Below are positions 38,417 to 48,505 of a stretch of 64,000 nucleotides of DNA, in pieces. This DNA is from Hypanus sabinus. Its lineage: Eukaryota. How positions within the stretch are numbered: position 1 is the first letter of the stretch; the number at the start of each line of letters is the position of its first letter. The notes beneath the pieces were generated by a model. That model had not been told where the DNA came from, made no database searches, and saw nothing but the letters and a program-made list of their open reading frames with translations. Made by a program: the position numbers and the translations under genes. The DNA is taken from assembly GCF_030144855.1 (NCBI RefSeq), contig NC_082718.1, positions 108,004,001-108,068,000 on the forward strand, written 5' to 3'.

Positions 38417-38940
38417 CTTTATAAATGTGGTGATATTATTTCACATAATTGATTCTAACAGTTTTTTGACAAAAGATGTTAGCCTTACCAGCCTGTCACT
38501 ATATGCTTCTCTCCCCTTTCTGCAGGAGTGTCACACTGGCAAATTTCCAATCTTCTGGCATCTATCCAGATTTTTTGAAAGATTATAACTGATGCATCTG
38601 TTATGTCAATGGCAACTGCTATTTTAGGGTCCTCGGATACCAGCCATCCAGGCCAGGAATGATTACCCTATAAGTTAATTTGATACTGAGTGATGGTAAT
38701 GCTATCTAATTCCTTCAGAATGCAATATTCATTATATCCTGGCCTTTAAAGATGGATGCACACAATAACTGTTTAACTCCTCAGCCACCTCTCCAGAGTC
38801 ATTCACTCAGACCTCGTCATTCAAGAATCAAGGATTCCTCTTTGTAATGAAGGAGGATGAAAGGTGACTTGATAGAAGCGCACAAGAGGCATAGATTGAG
38901 AGGACAGCCGGAGACTTTTTCCCAGGGTGGAAATGGTTTA

Positions 38941-39483
38941 ACATCTGGCGGACAATGCTGAGGATGTTCTACAAGTTTGTGGTGACCAGTGCTATCATGT
39001 TTGCTGTTGTGTGCTGGGGCAGCAGGCTGAGGGTAGCAGACGCCAACAGAATCAACAAATTCATTCATAAGGCCAGTGATGTTGTGGGGGTGGAACTGGA
39101 CTCTTAGACGGTGGTGTCTGAAAAGAGGATGCTGATAAAAGTTGCATGCCATCTTGGACAATGTCTCCCATCCACTCCATAATGTACTGGTTAGGCACAG
39201 GAGTGCGTTCAGCCAGAGACTCATTCCACTGGGATATAACACTGAGTGTCATAGGAAGTCATTCTTGCCTGTGGCCATCAAACTTTACAACTCCTCCCTC
39301 GGAGTGTCAGACACCCTGAGCCAATAGGCTGGTCCTGGACTTATTTCCACTTGGCATGATTAACTTACTATTATTTAATTATTTATGGTTTTATATTGCT
39401 ATATTTCTACACTATTCTTGGTTGGTGCAGTTGTAATGAAACCCAATTTCCCTCAGGATCAATAAAGTATGTCTGTCTGTCTG
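38941..39483 (+). mobile_element. Rex1/L2-like 3' fragment nested within a CR1 3' fragment (about 38830-39745)
   Basis: MFYKFVV..FAVVCWG...RKSFLPVAIKLYN; aataaagtatgtctgtctgtctg tail; CR1 sequence resumes at taatacagggggcataa. Confidence 0.82.
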
Positions 39484-40569
39484 TTAATACAGGGGGCATA
39501 ATTTGAAGGTGATTGGAGGAAAGTACAGTGGAAAAATAGCATAGTTAAGTGTTTTTTTTTTACACAGAGAGTGGTGAGTACATTAGAGGAAATTCAGAAC
39601 CACTTTGATCAGCACACGTAAGATAGAAAATGGAGGGTTATGTAGGAGGAAAGAGTTAGATTGACCTTAGAGTAGGTTAAAAAGCTGACACAATGTCATG
39701 AGCTGAAGGGTCTATACTGTGCTGTAATGCTCTGTGTTCTATGTCCAGAATGTCAGTGAGCACTGGCGACAGATTATTACTTGCTTATCCCTAAACCTCC
39801 TTGAGAAGTTGGCGGTGAAAGTCATCTTAAAGCAAGCTTGGGTTAGTGGTTAAATGAAAGTACACTGGTGAACTTGAATTAAGTTGGAACTGGGAGAAGG
39901 CTTGTACGAAACACAAGAAGAAAGCTGCTGCATGGATGTCCTGGTTGTTGCTTGCTGGAAGTAAAGTAGTGTTGGCTACACTGCTCGCGTGCCTCCTTTA
40001 TTGTAAACTGCATTGTGATGATGAGAAGGCAACATTACAGATGGAGATCAGGGGAAAATGCTTTCCTGGCAGAATAGTGAGTATGTGGAATTCGCTGCCC
40101 AAGGAAGCAGAGACAACCTCATTAAATATTTTTCAGACACAGTTAGATAGATTTTTGCAGAACAGGGGAATTACAGGTTATGAGAGAAAGACAGGTAGAT
40201 GGGGCAGAGTCCACAGCACCATCAGCCATGAATGGCAGAGCAGACTCCCATTTCTTATGCACTAGTTAGTATGGTGAAGGTGGTTATGAGTTTCACAATT
40301 TGCCATAACGTTCAACAATAGTTTGCTGATGAATGGCTTCTGCCCAAAACGTCCAGTTTATTCCCCTCTATAGAACCTGAATATCTCCAGCATTTTGTGT
40401 GTTGCTCAGCAATATTTTCTCATGTTACAGTTGTGTAAATAATCTGAGGTAACAGTTTGTTCTCCTCAGTGGCTAGAGTTACAGGCTCTGACATAACAGG
40501 GATACCCTGGTTCCCGATGGATGGGTTACAGGCTCTGAAATAATAGGGATACCCTGGTTCTCCTCAGTG

Positions 40570-40844
40570 GCAATTATCTCCAATAATTTTGTTCATTTAC
40601 AGTGAACCAAAAGAACACAGCGGTGTACACTGTAGGAACTAATAGTTTATAGTACTGCAGTAGCATAGGTTGTGTTCTAATTTGTTCTGTATTTCTACAT
40701 AATTTGTTACTCAATTAAATGGTAGTTTGTCTTTTTTCCACCTTTTTAGCTATTTCTATGAAACTTCAGCTAACTGGAGCAGCCAGTTAATTGGGCCAAA
40801 ATGTACCAGTACCTATGTGTCCCAATTAATAAGAATACACTGTA
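40570..40844. mobile_element. Tc1/pogo (Tigger-like) non-autonomous fragment
   Basis: Terminal tgtgtcccaattaataagaatacactg|ta and internal ttaattgggcc repeat. Confidence 0.45.
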
Positions 40845-41320
40845 TACAATAATTAAACAAGAGCCATTATCTTAGTGAATGACAAACAAACTGGAGACAT
40901 TCGAGGCCAATTCAGGCTCCTATCAGAATATACACAAGTGATACGTTATTATAACAGACAATAATGGCAGAAATATGGGCCATAACAAATACAGCAGCAC
41001 AACACATAGACATCACTTCTGCCTGAGGGGAAATAATTCTGATTCCCAGGCCTGTGTGTGCAATTAACAAAAATGTACAGTACAGAACTTCTCAGACTCC
41101 TAGCTCCCTCCTATCCCTGCTTCAATGCCTCTGTGCACCCCAGCTCCCCGTGGTTTCAATAGATGTCACACTTCCCAGCCGTCAAGCACCCACAGAGACC
41201 TGTTTTTAAAATAAAGTCTGAAACATGAACCCTGTTTAGTTCCACCTCCAGCCTGATTTCTCCGGTCCACATTGTCTCAGACATCCTGGACTTCTGAAAT
41301 GTTTAGTTTCAGAACTTCTT

Positions 41321-41726
41321 CAGACATCCCACCTCTCCCGGAAGTTCCGGGAGTTTCCCGCATATTGATAGCGGCTCCCTGACGCCCACAAATTATATAC
41401 AATATCCCGGAAATCGATTTTTTTGAGAGCGAGCGGTGGGGGGGGGGGGGGGGAGGAGAGAGAAATATCAAAAATAATGACAATGTTGCTCGCTGCACTG
41501 GTTGCAACAGTGACTTTTCTATTGCCCGTGGTGGGTTAAAATGTAAGACATGTTGAGGTGAGTTTAACAGGTGTCATTCCTTCATTAGCATAGCTAACGT
41601 TATTTAGACTAGCTGGCCAGCTGCTGAGGAGCTGCTCTACTGCAGACATCGCACCTCTCCCGGCAGTCTCCCGCAAATTGATGGTGGCACTTCCCTGAAA
41701 AGAGTTTTTGCAGGGTGGGATGTCTG
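41321..41726. mobile_element. Non-autonomous DNA transposon (MITE-like, probably hAT) in NUDT9-like intron 1
   Basis: 13-bp perfect TIR cagacatcccacc / ggtgggatgtctg; internal partial copy of the left end at about 41643-41682; TSD not clean. Confidence 0.75.
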
Positions 41727-41914
41727 CAACTACATTGTCCAGATACTCAACCCCGCCTCTTTCAGTGCCCACTCTTCTCCCCATTCCCTTTCGTCCCCAC
41801 TCTCTCACCTCCGTTTGCCCATCTATCCCCTCTTTTCTGTTTCTTTCCCTTTCCCATTCCCGTCCCCATTCCCAATCCCGATTTCCACAATAGCTGGAAC
41901 CTCCTATTACCTTT

Positions 41915-42095
41915 TCAGCACCCGCACCGCCTGCCTCCACATCCAGGAAGTAGTTACCTCGGCAACCAATTGCCGCACGCCACTCCGGATTTACGCATGC
42001 TCAGTAGTGCTGGGGACGCGACCCTGTTGTGACTAATTAAGGTCACGAGGGCCGTATTTGAGGCTGTCAGGAGCTCAGGCCAGGACTGGACGTGG
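41915..42095. promoter_or_regulatory. CpG-enriched promoter region of the NUDT9-like gene with an NRF1-like site (tgagcatgcgta on minus, about 41992-42003)
   Basis: CpG cluster around the candidate first exon; GCATGCG core resembles the NRF1 motif. Confidence 0.55.
41958..41998 (-). CDS. NUDT9: Probable NUDT9-like exon 1: MRKSGVACGNWLP(R)
   Basis: ATG at 41998 in a CpG-rich patch; CCGAG|gtaact donor; 41 nt gives phase 2, matching the exon 2 acceptor and an open 972-nt CDS. The ATG could instead lie upstream of the TSS, with an internal Met (MEILKF) used. Confidence 0.65.
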
Positions 42096-42449
42096 GTCAT
42101 TCATTTAAACAGTTTTACTCAGAAAGTCAATTCAACGCCCTGCTGGTGACTGTTAACAGGTCAACAACAAATACAAAAATCTTGTCGCAGTATCAGTGCT
42201 TTGTTTTAGTTTGTATTGTGAACTGGCGCTTCAATAATTTCCGTTTAAATATTCATTCCCTTCTCTACTGTATTCGGAGCATCGCACACAAAATGTTCTC
42301 GGAACTCAGCGGCTCAGGCAGTATCTATGGAGGGAAATTTGGAATCGATGTTTCGGGCCAAGACCCTTTATAAGGACTGGAAAGGAAGGGGACAGAAACC
42401 CAGAATAAGAAAGTGTAGGATGGGGCTATCACAATTTGTCAGGAGATTG

Positions 42450-43990
42450 GATTGAATTGAATCGACTTTATTCCTTACATCCTTCACGTACACGAGGAAT
42501 AAAATTCTTTACGTTACGTCTCCGTCTAAATATGCAATGTGCAATCATAGTAATTTATAATAAATAGAACAGTCAATGAAAAATAGAAATTCAGTACACT
42601 CAGATCAGTCTGATGGCCTGGTGGAAGAAGCTGTTCCAGAGCCTGCTGGTCCTGGCTTTTATGCTGCGGTACCATTTCTCGGATGGTAGCAGCTGGAACA
42701 CTTTGTGGTTGGGGTGACTCGGGTCCCCAATGATCCTTCGGGCCCTTTCTTCGCACCTGTCTTTGTAAATGTCCTTAAGTTCACAACTACAGATGCACTG
42801 GGCTGTCCACACCACTCTCTGCAGGGTCCTGTGATTGAGGGAAGTATAATTCCCATCCCAGTCAGGATGCTCTCAATCATGCCCCTGTAGAAAGTTCTTA
42901 GGATCTGGAGGCCCATACCAAACTTCCTCAACCGTCTGAGGTGAAAGAGGCGCTGTTGGCAAGGCCACACTTGGAGTACTGTGTCCAGTTCTGGTCGCCT
43001 CACTATAGGAAGGATGTGGAAGCATTGGAAAGGGTACAGAGGAGATTTACCAGGATGCTGTCTGGTTTAGAGGGTATGGATTATGATCAGAGATTAAGGG
43101 AGCTAGGGCTTTACTCTTTGGAGAGAAGGAGGATGACAGGAGACATGATAGAAGTGTACAAGATATTAAGCCTCTTCCCCAGGGCACCACTGCTCAGTAC
43201 AAGAAGACATGGCTTTAAGGTAAGGGGAGGGAAGTTCAAGGGGGATATTAGAGGAAGGTTTTTCACTCAGAGAGTGGTTGGTGTGTGGAATGCTCTGCCT
43301 GAGTCAGTGGCGGAGGCAGATACACTAGTGAAATTTAAGAGACTACTAGATAGGTATATGGAGGAATTTAAGGTGGGGGTTATATGGGAGGCATGGTTTG
43401 AGGGTCGGCACAACATTGTGGGCTGAAGGGCCTGAAATGTGCTGTACTATTCTATGTTGTGCCTTTTTCACCACACAGCCAGTATGTACAGACCTCGTGA
43501 GGTCCTCGGTGATGTGGATGCCGAGGAACTTAAAGCTTTTCACCCTCCCAACCCCAGATCATTGATGTCAACAGGAGTGGCCTGTCTTCATTCCTCCTGT
43601 AGTTCACAATCAGCTCCTTTGTTTTTGCAACATTGAGGGGGAGGTTGTTTTCTTGATACCACTGTGTCAGAGAGATGACTTCTTCCCTGTAGGCTGCCTC
43701 ATTATTATTTGAAATTAGGCCAATCAGTATAGTGTCATCAGCAAATTTAATTAACGGATTACAGCTGTGGGTGGCAACACAGTCATGGGTATACAGGGAG
43801 TAAAGGAGGGGGCTTAGTACACAGCCCTGATGGGCTCTTGTTTTGAGAATCAGAGGGATGGTGGTGAGGGAGCCCACTCTTACCACCTGCCGACGATCTG
43901 ACAGGAAGTCCAGGATCCAGCTGCACAAGGCAGGGTCAAGATCGATGGCTCTGAGCTTCCTGTTGAGCCTGGATGGAATTACGATGTTGA
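42450..43990 (-). mobile_element. Rex1/Babar-like LINE (RT to 3' end) interrupted by a CR1 insertion
   Basis: CSWILDFLSDR, QGCVLSPLLYSLYTHD, KFADDT, KKAQ|QRLFHLRRL split by the insertion; (TCAAT)n tail. Confidence 0.9.
42959..43454 (+). mobile_element. CR1 3' fragment nested in the Rex1-like element
   Basis: RPHLEYCVQFWSP...RFFTQRVV; 5-bp flanking repeat tgttg at 42954-42958 and 43455-43459. Confidence 0.9.
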
Positions 43991-44059
43991 ATGGGTGAAA
44001 CCAGGTGGTGGGGGGGAATGATGCCTTGTTCTGTATGATGTTTTGTCTGCCACAAAATG

Positions 44060-44570
44060 CCAGAACTCCTGATGGTTAGCCATTTCAATTCAACTTCCCA
44101 TTCCCATTCTGACATGTGTCTGTGCCCCTTACTCCTCTACAGCTAGATCAGGTCAGGTGCCCAACAACCTGATGCCATGAACATTGATACTTTTCTGGTA
44201 ATTCTCCTCCCCCCCCACCTCCACACCTTCTCTCTTCCTCCATTCCCCATTCTGATTACCCTGTCACTCCTTCTCGCCTGCCCACTCCTTCCTGTGGTTC
44301 CCCTCCTCTCCCTCTTCCATGCTCCACTTCCTCGCCACCTTCTCCAGCTCTTTACCTCTCCCACTGATTACCTCCCAGCTTTCTACCTCATCCACCATCG
44401 CCATTCAGCCTCACCTGCTCTCACATATCACCTGCTAGCTTGTAGTCTTCCCCACCCCCACTCCACTTTCCTTTCCCTTCTCAATGAAGAGTCTCAGTCC
44501 AAAACATTTGACTGTTTATTTCCCTGACTTGTGTTGCCTGACTTTCTCCAGCATTTTGTATGTGTTGTAT
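44060..44570 (+). mobile_element. Penelope-like 3' fragment
   Basis: gttagccatttcaattcaacttcccattcccattctgacatg (V.xHFN..SHSHSDM, end of the GIY-YIG domain), pyrimidine-rich UTR, degenerate hammerhead near 44480-44515. Confidence 0.65.
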
Positions 44571-44794
44571 CTCCCAATCTACTCCAAAGTGGCCCTTGTA
44601 CCTTATTTGACTTCCTGCACTGCACCTTCTCGGTAACGGTGACACCATTCTGTTTTCTTTTTGCTAGCTTGATGTAATCATGAACAGCCAACAAAAGTTC
44701 TTCACTTTAACTTGGTACATGTGACTATAGCAAACCAGTCCAATCAGGCTCCTAAGTATCTGAAGATGTTTTGCTGACTTGGAAGTCTAACGTA

Positions 44795-45186
44795 TGTACA
44801 ATTTATCAAACTTATCAAATGGTGAAAGGCCTTGGTAGAGTGGATGTAGAGAGGATGTTTCCTATGATAGGAGAATCTAAGACCAGGAGACACACAACCT
44901 CAGGATAGAGGGGTGTCCTTTTAGAACAGAGATGAGGAGGAATTCTTTAGGCTGAGAGTGGTGAATCTGTGGAATTCTTTGCCACAGGCCACTGTGGAGG
45001 CCAGGTCTGTAAGTATACTTAAGGCAGAGGTTGATAGATTCTTGATTGGCCAGGGCATGAAGGGATACATGGAGAAGGCAAGAGATTGGGGCAGAGAGGA
45101 AAATTAGATCAGCCATGTTGAAGTGGTGGAGCAGACTCGATGGGTCAAATGGCCTAATTCTGCTCCTATATCTTTATGGTCTTATA
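44795..45186 (+). mobile_element. CR1 3' fragment
   Basis: gatgtagagaggatgtttcctatg...agaacagagatgaggaggaattc; (TCTTATGG) tail. Confidence 0.85.
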
Positions 45187-46139
45187 GACAGAGTCTGTTG
45201 GGGGAGGCTGGTTTCCATAATGTTTTGAGTTGTGTCCCCAACTATCAGTAGTTTCTTGAGGCTTTGGGCAGATCAATGGACGTCTGAAAGTATTGATTAT
45301 CAGTCACAAGAGCAGAAGCATGATTTAGTTTGACTACCTGTGATGCATCTTGGGATAAACTTTACATTGTGGGTGGGTAAACTGAAACCATGCACTTGTG
45401 AAGGTGCGGTTACAGCTTGTTACCACCAGTTGGTGCTGTTGAATAGTCTATGGTTGACCAGGGCTGTCCGTGAGTGGAGACAGGAGTCTGAAGCAACACA
45501 CAATCTGCTGGAGGAACTGAGCAGGTCGAGCACCAACTGTGGAGAGAAGGAATTGTCCCTGCCGGAGTTCCTCCAGCATTTTCTGTGTGTTGCTCCAAAT
45601 TCCAGCATCTATATCCTTCTTCACCTACACTGTCTCCACGATGCACAGTATTCCAGATGTGATCTTACCAATGTTTATTCAATTTTCCTCACAATAAATT
45701 ATAATGTTGCTAGTTTTCCTAATTCCTTCTGTATAGACAACTTTGCGTTTTCCCTTGTTATATTCCATTTACCATTCCTTTGGCTACTTGTTTAACTGTT
45801 TCTAAGATTTTTCTTCTGACTTACAAAACGGGACCCGTCTGCAGAACAAATCTGTTGAGCCCACAATGGTGACCCTACGTTTCCATTTGTCTGTTACTTT
45901 AATCCTGTCACTCTGAGCTCTGTGTCTTCACCCTTTTGCACTGTAAGCAGTCGTGTAGGCTCAAGATACTGTACCCACTGTCTGGCTATGTTACAGTCCT
46001 CAGCTTTCAGCATTAAACAAACCAGCCCTTACAGCTCATATCAGACCTGGAGAGTTCTAATGTAAAGTCATCAAACTGGAATGTTAAACACATTTATTTT
46101 CCCAGTGGCTACATCCCATTCCCGTTCCGACGTGTCAAC

Positions 46140-46730
46140 ACTTCACCTGCTTGTCATTCGGGGTCATCCAGTTCTCCCCAGTGTGGACTCCTCTACATCA
46201 GCGAAAAATGGCGTAGATTGGGGTAACTGCTTTGTCGAGCACTTTCACTCTGTTCACCAAAGCAGGATTTCCCAGTGGACAACCATTCCAATCCCCATTC
46301 CCATTCTGAGGAGCCAGTCCGTGCCCTCCTCAACTGCTGCAATGAGGTTACTCGCAAGTTGGAGGAGTAAATCCTCATATTCTGTCTGGGTAGCCTCTGA
46401 CCTGACAGCGTGGGCTTTGATTTCTCTCACCCAGTAATTTCTCCCCCTCCCCCTTCTCTCTTTTTCCATTCCCATTCCAGCTCAATTCTTACCCTTTCTC
46501 TTCTCCTCACCTCCCTCCTCACTTCATTCCCCCTCATCCATCCATCAACCTACCCCTCCCCTGGCTTCACTTGAACTTCCCTTCCCTCACCTTCTTATTT
46601 TGACTTTGTTCCCCTTCCCTTTCCAGTCCCGAGAAAGGGTCTCAGCCCAAAATGTTAACTGTTTATTCCTCTCCATAGATGCTGCCTGACCTGCTGATCT
46701 CCTCCAGGACTTTGCAGAATCTCTTGTGTT
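46140..46730 (+). mobile_element. Penelope-like element 3' part (GIY-YIG endonuclease remnant, UTR and degenerate hammerhead)
   Basis: ctctacatcagcgaaaaatggcgtagattggg...tttgtcgagcac is a decayed LYIGET.RRL..RF.EH; degenerate core cccgagaaagggtctcagcccaaaatgttaac near 46628-46659. Confidence 0.72.
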
Positions 46731-48199
46731 TATTTCCTCTCTACAGACCCCGACTGTTCATGTCCTGAATTGCCTGTAATTCCAGTTGTTGTGGCACTGT
46801 TACAGTATAGCTTTCCTCTCTCCTTTGTCCTCATTAACCTTCAACTTACCGCTGTGCTCCTTCAGAAGTTAGCTGTCACTGACAAACATTCGGCCAACAC
46901 CAAGCTGTATCATTCACTCGCCCTTGTCTTCGCCTCCTGATTGATTCCCCTTTATTTATCACATGTGCATCAACACATGTAGTGAAATGAGTTGCTTGTG
47001 TTGACAACCAACACACCGGTCAAGATGGTGTCTCCTACAGTTAACATCTTCTGGTTAGACCACAAAACCATATTTCACTTCTTTTAAGTCTTTTACATTT
47101 GTTGTTCGCCTTGATTCTGGGACTGCTGGAGTCTGCGATTTGCTGTTTGGAGATTGTTTGGGTGTTTCAGCATTCTGCAGTCTCTGATAGGATTCCAGGA
47201 GAGAGGGGCAGTGTTAACGAACCTCATGGTGGGTAGGCTGCAGGATGAGGCACAGACCAATGTTTGACTACATTTTGCCAATTAAAGCTTCCACTGTACG
47301 CTGATTGAAGCGATGGGGGAGATTGAATCATCGAAGAGAGGTTGACGGTGAGCACCCTTTGATTGCTCAGGATCGCTTTGCTATACTACCGGAGAGGGAG
47401 AGCCTGCCACTGTGCCCGGAGAATGGTGCCCAGGTTTCGTCTGTTTTGGATGTAGACTTGGACTTTTTTTTTCGGTCTTATGGAGTTTTTATTTCCTGTG
47501 CTTTTCACCCGATCTTTCTCGTGCTTGTTTGGGGAATATTTGGGGGTTGATGATCACGCTGTCTTTCCTTTCTTTGTTTCATGGCCATCCAGAGAAAAAG
47601 AATTTCAGAGTTGTATACTTCGATAATGAATGAACCTTTGTGCTGGGTGTGGCCTGCAAGTGTCACCACACATTCAGATGCTGACATAGCATGTCCACAA
47701 AGCTCAACTGAACAACACAGAACACAACTAAACAGAACATACCAAATAACAAAACAGCAATAGCAAAGTAAGACCCTTTCCTGCCTCCCACTCACACATG
47801 GACAGTACTCCAACCCCAGGGTGGCCACTGGACATCCATTGTCAAGGCTTCAGACACTGGCCTTCAACTTCCGGACCTGATCAACCTTCAGGCTTTGACT
47901 TCTGGTATCGATCCCCGGACTAGCTGATGAAGGAACCCCAAACTCCAGGCTTGAACACAGTTCCCCTTATTCCCTCTATTTCTGCCCCTTCTCTGAAACT
48001 TAATGTATCGCTACGCTGTATCCCAGACTTTTGATTGACCTTGGGACTTCAATCTTCAGTACTGACCCCCAGACTAGCCAATAACAGGATCCTGCAGCTC
48101 AGACTCCAAGCACGCCGACAGTCCTCGTGCCTCCTGCTTGCACAGACATGCATTGACCTGGGACAGCCTGACAATCAGTCGGACTCAGATATGACAGTG

Positions 48200-48505
48200 T
48201 CACAGAGGACACAGCCTCTGAATAAAGGGGTGTCCTTTTAGAACGGAGATGAGGGGGAATTTCTTTAGGCCAGAGAATGTTGAATCCATGAAATTCTTTG
48301 CCACAGGCAGCTGTGGAGGCCAAGTCTTTATGTATGTTTAAGCCAGAGGTTGATAGATTCTTGATTGGTCAGGGCATGAAGGGATACGGGAAGAAGGCAG
48401 GAGACTGGGGGGCTAAGAGGAAAATTGGATCATTCACAATGAAATAGCAGAGCAGACTCAATGGGCCAAATGATCTAATTCTGCTCCCGTATCTTATGGT
48501 CTTAC
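48200..48505 (+). mobile_element. CR1 3' fragment
   Basis: agaggacacagcctc...gggtgtccttttagaacggagatgagg; tcttatggtctta tail. Confidence 0.8.
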
